A stretch of 64,000 bases of DNA, taken from the NCBI GenBank assembly GCA_951406725.2, contig OX597816.1, forward strand, positions 112,716,001-112,780,000, in the 5' to 3' direction. Positions 25,365 through 38,539 of the stretch are shown piece after piece. The stretch is from Octopus vulgaris (taxonomy: Eukaryota). The position numbers were made by a program, and so were the translations under genes. Below the pieces are notes generated by a model. It was not told the DNA's origin, made no database searches, and worked only from the letters and a program-made list of their open reading frames with translations. The stretch's first letter is position 1, and each line of letters opens with the position of its first letter.

Positions 25365-25591
25365 GCTAAAGTGGAAAGTGTGTTAGACTATTTGTAAACT
25401 GAAGCTAAGAAGACAGTGAAAAAAACCAAAAACAAAAACAAAACCGGGTATGAAGTTTACATGCCCCTAACAAAATTCTGGATTTACTGGTGTTTGCCCT
25501 GGGATATGACCAACTTAAACAATGGAGAGTATACCAGAGGAGAACTGCTGTGGTTCAGGACTGACAATCATCCATTCTCAGTGGTACAATG
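25365..25591 (+). other. Candidate spliced exon of an unidentified host gene (5'UTR/start-type or non-coding)
   Basis: Polypyrimidine tract plus TTCAG acceptor; strong donor AATG|GTAAGT; unique, GC-richer sequence; ATG-initiated frames MESIPEENCCGSGLTIIHSQWYN (25522) or MPLTKFWIYWCLPWDMTNLNNGEY...VVQ (25461) run to the donor. Confidence 0.5.
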
Positions 25592-26834
25592 GTAAGTGTA
25601 TTCATAATACCTTTATTTATTTCTTCAGGTCATGAGCATCATTTAAATATCTAATTTCTTGAGACATAACTCAGAAAAAAATGAATAAATAGATAAAATA
25701 AATTAAAAATATATATTTACTATTCTTTCTTTTGTGAAGTCTAATTTATTGTGAAATATATTCTTATTTCAGCAATATATCTTACCTCTGTCTGAATTAT
25801 ACCTTTCTATAAAAGCAATATTTCACATCCATCAATGTTTATTTTTATTTTTCCTTATATTATTTAATGGGTGCAGATATAGCTATGCAGTTAAGAGTTT
25901 TACTTTATGACTACATGATTTCTTGTTCAATCCTGCTACACGACACCTTGAGCAAGTGTCTTCTACTATAGCCTTGGAGCATCCAAAGCTTTGCAAGTTA
26001 AATATAATACATGGAAATATAGAGGAATCCTATCTGATGGACCTTCCAAATTTATGGATAGCAAGTTAAATTGTTTGCTTGGTTCAATTACCCATTAGAC
26101 AACTGATAGATGTGGAATCTATACTGCAGCAGTCAAGCTAGATTTTCAGTCTGAGAATAATTTCCTCCTTTCCAATTTCAAGCACCCTAAAAAGGGTCTT
26201 GGGAACTATTGTTCCTCCAGTTGTGACAAACAAAATCTGTTTATATTGAAACAGTTGCAGTCTTCTCAACAGTCACTGAAATAATACAATCTAATAATTG
26301 TTAATAATTGCCATTGCTGTCAGTTTTTAATACAGTGACATGACAGAAAAGTTAGTCTTGAACAAAATGTATTTCAGTATTTAGTTCCATTCCTTCTATA
26401 TTCTGAGTTCTAGTTGTACCACTGCCCTGACTTTTATTTTATCTCTTTAAGCTTGATAAAGCAAATATTAACAATATATAGTCAATCAATGCAATGGACC
26501 ATATTCTTCTCTTGAAATGTGCAGGCCTAAGAAATCATTGCAAAGTTTATGGAATGTAAATTGTAGATTTATGCTTGGATAAATTTATAACAAATGGTAT
26601 GAACAAAGATCAATCAAGCAATTGTTTGAATGATGTTATTGTTTTAGTAGCAGCAGTGAATCACTTCAAACACTATTGTAATGTTTTATTTATAAATGTT
26701 TTGTTTTATAAAATTATACCCTAAATTTCTTCTTGTATTTGGGTAATAGACATAGGTGAGTTTAATAAAGTTTACTTCCCAACATGGATTCAGACACTGG
26801 ATGTGTGTGTGTGAAAAGTGCATAAATATATATA

Positions 26835-28454
26835 TAAGGTGCATAAGATATTTGAGGACAGATTTATGTTTATTAAAAAAAAAAAATCAGATATATAACA
26901 GAAAATAACTTTATTTATTGAAAAATGCTATGAAGATAAAAATAAACCTTCTTTTCTATAATGTTATTCAATAAAGCCACCTTCAGCTTCAACAGCTGCT
27001 TCTATAAGAGATCTAAATCATCTACATGCTCAAAACAAGTGGTCGTGATTCATTTGGGACATTACTCTGATTATGTCAGCTTTCAAAGTATCTTTGGTGT
27101 TATGGATGTCTTCATTGACCGCATTCTCAACAACGTTCCATTTGTAATAGTCCAATGGATTCAGATGTGGGGAATTAGGAAGCCAAATGTTAGGGTTTAT
27201 GTGGTCATGAAAATTTTTAGCCATCCATTCCTGTGTTACTAGAGCCATGTGTGATAGTGCAGAGTCTTATTGAAACACATATGACCTTCCATTGCATACA
27301 CTGTCTATCCAGGGCTTAACAATCATTTCCAGGACCACAATGTAGGTGGCAGAGTTAACTCTAAGGCTGTGTGGAAAGAAGTAAAGAGGCATCATATGTC
27401 TTTCATTGCTGACAGCCCCTAAAACCATGGCAGTTGTAGGAAATTTTGTATGCAGAACACTTGGAATTTCAGAAGGGTATGCGTAGGAGTGGCTGTGTGG
27501 TAAGTAGCTTGCTTATGAACCACATGGTTGTGGGTACAGTCCCACTGCCTGGCACCTTGGGCAAGTGTCTTCTACTATAGCCTCGGGCTGACCAAAGCCG
27601 TGTGAGTGGATTTGGTAGATGGAAACTGAAGGAAGCCCATCGTATATATGTGTATATATATTTATATATATATATGTATGTGTGGGTATGTGTTTGTGTG
27701 TCTGTGTTTGTCCCCCCAACACCGCTTGACAATTGATGCTGGTGTGTTTACGTCCCCTTAACTTAGCGGTTCAGCAAAAGAGACCGATAGAATAAGTACT
27801 AGGCTTACAAAGAATAAGTCCTGGGGTCGATTTGCTCAACTAAAGGTGGTGCTCCAGCATGGCCACAGTCAAATGACTGAAACAAGTAAAAGAGTATAAC
27901 CTTCTGTCATTTCTTCCGTTAACTTTTTGATTTTGGTCGAAGTTTTTCTCATTTGAGAAAAACCAAATCAAATCTGCTAGATTTTTCTGTTTGTTTAAGA
28001 GCCTCTTACCTTTTCTGACAAATTGACCTTTCCTCATCATATAAGATTTATATCTGATGTCATTATGGACAACATTTCTGACTGTTACTTCTGACACATG
28101 GAGATCTTTTGCAATTGACCTTATGGACTTTCTGGGATTGTAATTAATGATCTGTTGAACTTGCTGGATAAATTCAGGTGTTCTGATGATTTCAGAGCAT
28201 TTAGAATGCTCTTTATGCTTTGATACTGGTGATATGTTTCCATCTTTAGTTTCTATAACTCCTTACAAACTTTGTAGATATTTCTAAATCGCTATGCTCA
28301 ACCTTTATAACCACAATAATAGCATACCTCTTCATTTCTTGAGTAAGCTGAGGGTCTGCCATTATTATTTTCTGAAACAAAGATTATACAGAGTTAGTAA
28401 AAAATGTATCACTGACTCGAAAAAGGTATGTCCTGAAATACCTTGTGCACCCTA
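26835..28454 (-). mobile_element. Full-length degenerate maT/DD37D-like Tc1-mariner DNA transposon
   Basis: TIRs TAAGGTGCATAAGATATTTGAGGACA and (reverse complement) TAGGGTGCACAAGGTATTTCAGGACA; TA at the left flank; motifs WFFSNEKNF, RNDR, HTKFPTTAMVLGAVSNE, WLPNSPHLNPLDY; multiple stops. Confidence 0.9.
27480..27894 (+). mobile_element. Young full-length tRNA-SINE family A nested in the transposase
   Basis: GCGTAGGAGTGGCTGTGTGGTAAG head, CORE-like GGCACCTTGGGCAAGTG, internal microsatellite, tail ATGACTGAAACAAGTAAAAGAG. Confidence 0.92.
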
Positions 28455-29213
28455 TGTGTGTGCAGTGGAGTATATTAATATATCAGCAAAAGATTGAAAA
28501 ATGTGATAGTGTGTTAAACAAAAAATACCTTGTGGTATTTATTCCACTTGAGTTGCACAGATACTGTGTTCATATTTCATCCTCCAGAATTGTAGTAAAG
28601 TCTTAATAGGACCATTGCAATTATATATACAAACAATACTATTTTTTTCAAAATATACAATAAAAAATAAAATTCAGTTCTGTGTGTGTTTACTATCTCT
28701 AAGTGCAGTCTAATACAAGGTAGATTCCCTTAGTTATAAATTCTGACAATGATTTTACGATCGTTACTTTTATAATTTATATCAGATGCTTCGTTTTATA
28801 CATTTGAACATTATGAGATACCTTTGAATGAAATATACATTAAGTTATGGTTAAATTAGTTATTGCTGCACTAACACTTGTGTTGGGAAAAAAAAAAGTG
28901 CAAATTGGTCTTGAAAATATCAGCCAATAACTATTAAAATGATGAAATGAAAATAGTGTTTAATAGGTAATAATTTTATTTTATATCTGCAAGGTAAACA
29001 TCTTCTAAATATTAGAAAACAGTTTAGATTTTATGAAATATCTATGAAATTTATTTTTGAATGGGTTGTTTATCTCTTTGTGTTTGGCTCCAGTTTATAT
29101 GGATCTCATTCAACTTGTTAACTTGAATGTTTTATATGAAGAGCCAAGATATAGTGTTTAATAAGGTTAAGTTTGGTTATAATCTTATAGTCTTATTATA
29201 TATTTTCTTTTCA

Positions 29214-29214
<1 letters not shown>

Positions 29215-29260
<46 letters not shown>
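29215..29260. repeat. (TC)n microsatellite
   Basis: Seen directly. Confidence 0.95.
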
Positions 29261-29262
<2 letters not shown>

Positions 29263-32200
29263 AATGTAAGAGCATTGAAAGCCTATCGGGTAGCATATAT
29301 CTGGGTATGTACTGAGGATCCTTCAAAGCAAGTAATTTGTTGGATTTTGTAGACATTTCTACAAGAACTTAATCTATGATGAATCAGAAATTGTAGGATA
29401 TGTAACCACATTCAAAATATAGATTCATCATATTCTTAAAGTCTATTGGAGTATTGTTTTTTGACAATTATTAGGAAACTTACTCTTCCAATAATTTTGT
29501 TAGCTTCTTTGCTTTCAACTTCTGTGCTTGATTTAAGACTGTATAATGAATAAAAAATCTGTCATATTTTTAATTCTTTATATGCTAATATATAAAAACA
29601 AAAGAAAATATCAAAATTAAAGAGAATTTTCTAAAATACTATTCTCTACTTCCATCCAGAATGAATATCCTGCATTAAAGTAAAACTTTTATTTTCCTAT
29701 AAGAAATTTAAAACACCAGTTTTAAAAGTTTCATTGTGCTTCTAAAGCCTAAAAGTTTGTCTTTGATATTGGACTGAATAAAATATTTTAGTACCATCAG
29801 TAGGTATTACAGTGTCATATGGTAAATATTTCAGTTCAACCATCTCTAAAAGTAAGGAGGCTTGTTATGCAATATACAATCACATTTACATTAAGTCTCC
29901 AACTTTAATGCAAACTATATATCTAAGATGTATCAAAGTGACTGATCTGTAATTTTCATACATGACTAAACTTCTTTTTTTTTTCTTGTAATAGTATACA
30001 AACAAACTTCTATTATGCACATAAAGTGGCATTGTCTCTATTTTTTATTGATTTAAAAGCTGTATGTTAATGACATATGGACTTAATACAATAGTAGAAA
30101 TTTTCTGTTAGGCTAAAGCAGCCTATATCAAGTTTGAGAGAGACACAGCAGGATGAAGGATTGTAGATTTCAACTTTACTGTTGAGCTAATTATATTTAT
30201 TATTGTGTGTCTAGAACAACAGTGAACTGATGAAACTTGTATTCTGGTGACTAATCATCACTTTTTGTAACATAATGAATAGATGAGAGCTTAAGTACTA
30301 TCAGCTAATAAATTTCAAATTCGTTGCCAAGACTTCAAATTTCAACAAATAGCAAATAGGTAAAGTTTATGAGTTGTTCTAAATAGTTTCTTAGAAGTAT
30401 ATCAGTTTTGTTCCTTAAATAATCTGTCACTAGAGAGTAAAGGTATTACAGTCTCTCACCTCAATCCACTCCTGATTAAGTAATCAAAGTAACTTAGACA
30501 AGTAGCTTACTATCTTAGCTGGTAACAAAAAAATATTTTCAATTGAAATAATAGTGTATAACGTTGTTTGATCTAACAATTGATCTGATGAAGGAGACCT
30601 GTACTCAAAAGCACTGCAGTTCTGGTTATCCTATCTTATTTTCAAACATAATATGCCTAGGACTATATCATCCAATGTGTCCTCACTGTTTTAAGATGGT
30701 AGAGTGTGATAGAGCAACATTAGGCTGATATTTCCTGCTGTTTCAGTGATTCTATGTATAATATATTTGTTTGAAATGTATAATGCATTTGTTAGGAAAG
30801 AGATATATGTTAGTGAAACATGTAGTGGAAAAAAAGGACGAGCACTTACCATGTAGCAGAGAAAAGAAGTAAAGACATTCAATGAGGTAGCTAGATCAGA
30901 TTGTATAAAATTCAACCTGGTAGATGATATATTGATATAAATAACAAGAAGGTGGGGTCCACTAATGTAGACTAATTCAGTGAAAAGCAGCAGGGACAAA
31001 CAAGTGATTATCAAATTAATAAGGATAGTATTAACATATATATACACACATATTATGTATATATACATGTGCATACACACACTCATAGTAGCTAAACTTA
31101 ATAATAATATGTATCTTAGACTACTTGTTTTCATATATGAAAGCTGTATGTGAGTGCATGCGTGTCTGAAAGCAAGTAGTCTAAGATACATATTATTGTT
31201 ATTGTTAAGTTGAGCAACTCTGTATGTGTGTGTGTGTGCATGCGTGTGTGGATGTATGTGTTTATGTATATGTAAATGTTATTTACTTTTACCCCATTGA
31301 ATAAAAACATACAGGCATTGTTTTATTTGGAACCGTATCAAGTTTTTCTTGCTTTGGGGTGAGAGTTTATAAATAAATATCAAAGTATGTAATGAGCTAT
31401 CTGGTTCCAGTGTCATTGTAAATAATGTAGTTAAGAATTTTGTGAAGATTCTTGTTTTACCAGTATATGTTCAGCTATTATAATTATTGTATTCATAGAA
31501 CATCAAATTTGATGTATTCATTTTCCTTCTTTTCTTTTTTATATCTATCATTATGATTAGGAAATTGAAAAATAAATGTAATTTTATTCTTAAGCTATGT
31601 TTGTTTCATGCTTTAAGAAATATCAACTACTGCTAATGCTTGTAAACATAATTAGATATACAAGGTGTATTTATGAACTAAGAATCTGCAGAAGCTTTCT
31701 GGGGTTTTTTTTGTGTTTCTTTTACTTTTGTTGAACTAATTTTATTAAGATGTTTATACATGTATGTATATTGTTAGATATTTTTATACCTCATATTTAG
31801 TATTGTTAAGAATTTATTTTCTTCTCGAAATGGAGGTATTTTATAAATGCCAAGTTAAACATGATCATTACTTTGCTATATTAATTCATGATATTAAAAT
31901 TATTTCGAAATACTTTTGAGTATTTGAATGGTAATATTAAATATTGAATATTTTCACATAGGACTCCTATTTTCTTCCATCTGGTTACGAGTTCCAACTT
32001 TGCTCCTCAGTTAACTTGTTTAAAACTCTGAATGATTGTAGTCACTCAGTTATGAATTTCTCTTTAAGGCTTGTCAGAGGAAGAAAGGCACTAGCCTTGA
32101 TTTTTGCACAGCCTTTAATTGTATTAGAAATACAGGAAGAGAAACAATGATTAATGAATTAGAGACTATATGACGAGCTTCCACCTAATTTTTGGCTTTC

Positions 32201-33997
32201 AAATTTCACTTCTAATACCTGGCCTGACCACAGGGTTATGGCAGAAGACACTTGCCAAGAAGTGGCATAATAACATTGAACTTGCAATCATGATTGTTAA
32301 GAGAGCTTCTTAACAATAAACCATACTTTGTGGCAGTGAAAACATCTAACTGCTGAAATACTTGCTCATACTGTAAATAAAATTTCATGGATCTTGAAAT
32401 GTTTGTGCTTGAGCATTTATTGTCGTTAATCTGAGTTATGGATATTTGGTGTATGGTTCCTCCTACATAAAGCATTGTTAATTCAACAATTTCTGACAGA
32501 ACATAAAATCACTATACTGCAGCATGCATCATATTTTTAAGATTTCTTAGCTTTCATTCCCGCAAAGTAAACCAGCATTGAAATAGCATTGCTATGTTGG
32601 AAGTGAAGCCATTGAAATTGCTGTTGACAGGACAGTTATATAGGATTCAAGTAAATTCTTTACGACAAATGGAACACTGACAGTGTTGTATTCATGCAGA
32701 AGAAATTTAACAATAAAATAGTAATCATTAATAATATTAGTTACATGACTAAATCTCTCTAGACAACAAGGATCCATGTGATTGGTGCTCAACTCTGGAT
32801 TTACTAACATTAAGTAGATAAGGACAAATCTCACTTCACCCATATTTCACTTCTATGCAGCATTATTCTACTTGTGCATATTTCATACACACTAAATTTT
32901 ACATGGAAAGAGAATCTGATGTTCTGGTTGTTGTTGCTTTTGTTGTTGTATCATCCCAAGCTGGCTGAGATAAAGCAGGCTTATGGTCAATGTTTTTTTT
33001 ACCTTTAACTCATCCTTTTTTTTTTATATGATACAGTGTACACACACACACACACCCATATTGATAGATGGGTAGATATGTATATGCATGTATATATTAT
33101 ATACACACATATATACAAATACTCACACACACACATACCACTTTCTCTTTGTAATTTCTCATCCAAAAGAAAAATTTATTCTGTAATTAATACTACAGTA
33201 GCTCGAGTTACATACGGCTTATTAATGAGTAGCACATGTTACAGTAAAAGTGAAAAATCATATTTTTCTTGTAAAACAAATGGTTTCAGAAAATACAACT
33301 TCATTAACAACTAAGTAAAATTTTTTATTTTCTATTGTTTCTTCTACCATTTTTGCGTTTTTATATACCATTCCATTGCTGCATTCTTACATAGGACTTT
33401 TGAGATGTTTTAGTGTTTTTTGTACAGCACACATGTCAAAAAAGACAAAAAACAGAAAATACAATGGCTGTTTACTATTTTCACTTTCATTATAACAGTA
33501 ATATAAAATAAAATTGAAGATAATTTATACATTATCTCTTTTCTAAGTACAGATCGTTTAATTAATCTTGTTGCTATAACAAGTTACACCCATTTTTGTG
33601 ATAAGTATTAAAACATGTTGTTGAAATGTTGTTAATGTAAACATTTAAACTGATTGAAAGACACTTTTTTTTTTATACATTTCTGTTTTATTCTTGAAGA
33701 TATGATATAAAAGATAAGATGTTAAACATGATGTACAAAAAATGTTCAGATTTGCTGGTGGAATGTTTGTTTTAAGTAGAAACTTGATGCAACTTTTGGT
33801 AAAAATGCTCAAGTATCTTGTTAGTAAATTGTTTTCTTTAAAAACATGTTAATTTTTAATTATATATTTGATGTGAGAGATTTTTCTTTTATTATTTACT
33901 TCAGGTTGAGTGTGTGCTTTGTAAGGACTAAAGTTTTTTTTTACATTTATAAAATACATTGTCTTTAATTTTTTTTTTTTAATATTTGATAAGGGAA

Positions 33998-34210
33998 AGG
34001 TGGTGAGCTGACAGAATCATTACTGTGCTGGACAAACTTCCAAGTGGCATTTCCCCTGGCTTTACATTCTGAGTTCAACTGTTGCCAAAGTCAAGTTTGT
34101 CTTTCATTTTTATGGGGTTGATAAAATAAGTACTAGTTGAGCAGTGGGGAAGATATAATCAACTAACTCCCTCCCACAAAATTTCAGGCCTTGAGTCTTT
34201 AGTAGAGATA
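33998..34210 (+). mobile_element. tRNA-SINE family B (Meta-domain-like)
   Basis: GGTGGTGAGCTGACAGAA...GAGTTCAAC...GGGGTTGATAAAATAAGTACTAG; AATATTTGATAAGGGAA repeated on both sides (TSD). Confidence 0.85.
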
Positions 34211-36416
34211 AATATTTGATAAGGGAATATAATTTTATTTTAGACAAAGATTTCTCATATTTTAACTCTTGGTTCTGTGTAATATAGTTTGCACGAAAAA
34301 GTTATATCTATTGTCTCTTAAAATATGTTTGATATTTTAAATAATCATAGTTGGTGTTATTCATTGCCTTCTATTGATCTTTGGCACATACTTAGTGAGC
34401 CAATATAAGTTTAGTTTCCTATCTATATAATGGTTTTAGTCTATGTGTGTGCACCAGTACTTGCTACTTTGGTTTTTCAGTTAGTTATCTCTATTACTCA
34501 TATTGCTGGTTATTTTAACCTCAGAGATTTCTTTTTGATCAAGAATTTCCTTCAGTTCCACTCGGCAATTTACCAAAGATAACAGCTTGAAACTGCAAAC
34601 TTTTCATTATATTAGATTAGCACCCAATTGCAATGTTCTGAAATAGCCAAAATATATTTAGAGAGATTTGTAGCAGAGTAAAAGATAATAAAGTTACATA
34701 TCTTATAGTTACTGTTGAGTCAAACATAAAATTTTAAGTAAATATATTTTCTGTTGACACCCATAACCTATTATCATTATTCAAATATGCTCATCTATTT
34801 TTAAGTTTCTTTTGGAGAATAAGGTGTCCTCACATCAATTTAAGCAAGTTTTCTAAATCACTCATTTAATCTTCTTTGTTTCAATTCGGTATTCATTATT
34901 GACAGTAATAGTTTACCTGCTGGAAGTTTTGTGGGTTATAAATAAATCATTAAATGCATCATAGAAATTAACTTCTTTTGAATTGGGAATCTAAACAGCT
35001 TTCAGAAATCAAAGATAATGTGTTGTGCAGTCGACAATGTGTTTCAAAATATCCTTGACAATAACTTGTATAGAGTGCTCACAGCCAGTTAAAAGTGAAT
35101 AGATCAGATTATTTGATACTGAGAAAAAAATCAATAGGGAACTGAGGAGAAAAAAAGTAAAAGGAATCAGTTTGGGAATATTGTGTGAAAAGAATGTGTA
35201 TTGAGGCAAATCAAACAGTTGACTGACAGAAGGAATAGATCTAACTGAAAGTCTTGATTTCTTTGATAAGTTTAATTCTCTTGTACTATTTTAGTACTTG
35301 CATTTGAATGTCAGCTGTTGATAATTTGCTCACAGAAAATACCTTATATCATTCCACTGATACAGGTGTTAAAGGTGAACATGATTGGTGTTTGTGACTA
35401 GTTGTTATGTGTTATAAATGGTTTCTACTTGGTGTTTGTTTAGATAAAATCTATCACAATTAATCAAATAGATTTAGTTCTTATCGGTATTGGAACAAAA
35501 ATCATCAAGAAAGAAACAGTTTAAAATTCATTTTCAGGAAATAAGGACAAAATTAGTAAGTTCTAGGAAATAATATATTTAGTCTTCCACTAATGATCTG
35601 AAGTAATCATTTTATCATATATACTTGACAGAATTTGCCCATAACTGTAATCAGTGGTGTTAATAAAAGTAATTTAAATAACTAATTACTCACTCGTTTG
35701 TTTCCAATTACAAACACACACAATGTCTGTCTATTACACATGAGACTGCATGAAGGTGAATCTGAAATATAGGGCAATAGATAGAAATTGCTTTTAAATC
35801 TTTAGTCAAATGAGAAAAATCTTATAGGGAAAATAACTGTAACATTGGAAAATGTCATTTAAATACTGTCTAAGAGAAAGAGTAAACTTCTTAATGTAAC
35901 TAAATATAAGCCAATATAGAGAGGTGAAGAGAGAGATTGTGTATTGTTATTAGGAATAGCTTCTAAATCTACTTCAAAGAACACCTACCATCTTAAAACA
36001 GGTGTTTCACATTATATTATATATCCTAGATGCATTGTCCTGCACAACAGTTCTCAAACTTTTCTTCCAGCATACTCATTTGTAATGTCCAACAGTGTTG
36101 ATATACCTCTTATGAAGAATATAGAATAAAATGGTTGAATCTCTTTGAAAGAGAAAATAATGGATACCATTTTTAAAGGGCATAAAACAGACAATGTATA
36201 ATTTGTTATTAATTATTATATTTGGAAGTCAAGATTCCCAAATAACATCTATGTCTAAGTTTGTTTTGTCCTTTAACTATATAGATACTATTTATTAAGT
36301 CTAAGGGTGCATCATTGAAAAGAAGTTGGTATAGGGAGAAAATGAGATGCTCTTGGCTAGAACACCTTTTCCCTCACCCTTCCCAGTTTGCTTAAAGTAC
36401 AAGAAGACTATCTATC

Positions 36417-36693
<277 letters not shown>

Positions 36694-37349
36694 GGCAGAT
36701 ATATATGTAAGACTAAAATGTTGACAGATAGGTTTTGTAGAAGCAAACAAGGAATATTAAGGAGCTTCATTAACTAGAGTAGTCTGCTCAGTTGGGGCTA
36801 AACTCAAGCCAAACTATAAAAACAAGCCAATAAAGTGATAATCAATTTTGGCTATCAATTACACTATATTTCCAATAACTTATTCTGCTTCTCAAGTAAA
36901 TAGAAATTCAATACCATTTGTATTGAGGTGAGAGAAGATTTACTTCAGTGTTTATTTCTAATGAAAGATATTAAAAAAAAACAAAAAAAAACATACAGTA
37001 ATTACATTACTTATAAAACGAAGTCATGTGATTGTATGATATCATTAAATGTGATTACTAAATTTCTGTGCTGAACTATGTATTAATTGGTAGTTTTCTG
37101 TTATGAACTAGTAGAATTCATTTTTATTGGAAAGTACACTAACACCTCTTTCCTCAATTTAACTTGCTTGAAATAGAAACCATTCCACATTCATAATGAA
37201 ACATTGTTTGGGGAATAAGGCACACCCATCAATTATTTATACTTAAGACAGTATTCAAAGGAAAGCCAATTATTTTTTGATGGCTGTTTAAACTCCTGCC
37301 AAATACACTTATTTAACTGTTGTAGTATTTTATTTTAGTTTGATTTAAA

Positions 37350-37893
37350 GGCATTTTAGTTAATAGCTGGGTCTCTACCTGAGACCTAAGACTAGTAACT
37401 ATGTTATTATGATAGGAATTTTCTCAAGAGATGGACTGCAATCTTTTGAATGTCATGTATATTTGATTTTCTAGGTAATTTTATCAATGAAGATTGAAGA
37501 CCCTTTTTTAACCATACCTAGGACTCCCACTTCTACTGGTAGAATAGTAGTAGGAGCACTGTTTTCAGTTCCCATAATATGCTGATTCCTATCTCTAAGT
37601 CCTTGTATTTAACTGACTTTTTGAATTCTTTGGCTGAGATATTTCAATCAGCTGGTCCGGTCATTTCTATTAGATAGCAGGCATTTTGTTGATGTTCTTT
37701 AATAATAACATCAGATTTATAGGCATTTATCTGTCTGCTTGAATGGCTGGTAAAATCTCACAGAATAATAACTCTAATACCCTCTGTGATTAGTCCTGGA
37801 TATTGTTCATACCAGTTTTTAAAGAAGGGGAGTGTCATAATGTCAATAGATTTTCCAATGAAGCTACTGCCCTATTCACTCATATCTGGTTTT
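37350..37893 (-). mobile_element. Dong/R4-type RLE non-LTR retrotransposon fossil, 3' half (endonuclease and 3'UTR)
   Basis: Minus strand: KTRYE*IGQ*LHWKI...KNWYEQ...IIL*DF...KSDVIIK...CYLIEM...NISAKEF...YKDLEIGI..LWELKT...LPVEVGVLGMVKKG...IQKIAVHLLRKFLS*; 3' stem-loop GGTCTC-TACCT-GAGACC at 37370-37386. Confidence 0.88.
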
Positions 37894-38070
37894 CATCATC
37901 ATCATCATCATCATCATCATTGTTTAACGTCCGTTTTCCATGCTAGCACGGGTTTGGACTGTTCGACCGGGGTCTGGGAAGCCAGGGGCTGCACCAGACT
38001 CCGGTCTGATCTGGCAGTGTTTCTACAGCTGGATGCCCTTCCTAACGCCAACCACTCTGCGAGTGTAGTG

Positions 38071-38362
38071 GGTGCTTTTTACGTGCCACCGGCACAGGTG
38101 CCAAGGGAGTCTGGCATCGGCCACGATCGGTTGGTGTTTTTAACGTGCCACCGGCATGGAAGCCAGCCAAGGCGACACTGGCATCAGCCACGTTCAGATG
38201 GTGCTTTTTATGTACCACTGGCACAGAAGCCAGTCGAGGCAGCGCTGGCATCGGCCACGTTTGGATGGTGCTTTTTATGTGCCACTGGCACAGAAGCCAG
38301 TCGAGGCGGCGCTGGCAATGGCCACGTTCGGATGGTGCTTTTTATGTGCCACCGGCACAGGT
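38071..38362. repeat. 67-bp GC-rich minisatellite (about 4.4 copies) in the RTE 3'UTR
   Basis: GGTGCTTTTTAYGTGCCACYGGCAC-like unit starts at 38071, 38133, 38200, 38267 and 38334. Confidence 0.92.
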
Positions 38363-38539
38363 ATCACAACTACTATTTCCATTAATATTTATTTCGATGT
38401 TCATGTACTTGACTCAACAGGTCTCCTCAAGCACAGCGGATGTTCTGGAATCCAAGGTACTTTGAATGGGCAGGGGCTATGTGGAGCTGGTGCAAGAAGC
38501 AGCCCGAGTCTTTGCAGTCACAGCATATCTCCAGAGATC

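Noticed and set aside
30585-30612. CTGATGA...CTCAAAA hammerhead-like string
   Set aside because: No GAAA box; lies in a decayed copy of a dispersed family whose other copies lack the core
30691-31191. 166-aa minus-strand ORF with a GPHLLVIYIN string faintly like an RT motif
   Set aside because: Spans microsatellite and repeat fragments; the motif is too weak to call
34513-34600. Possible small exon on either strand
   Set aside because: Weak donor or acceptor in both orientations and no homology; similar weak AG/GT pairs at about 8706, 11196, 33905 and 61345 were also not called
38071-38362. CRISPR-like periodicity (~67 bp)
   Set aside because: The 'spacers' are homologous to each other, the context is eukaryotic and there are no cas genes; it is a minisatellite
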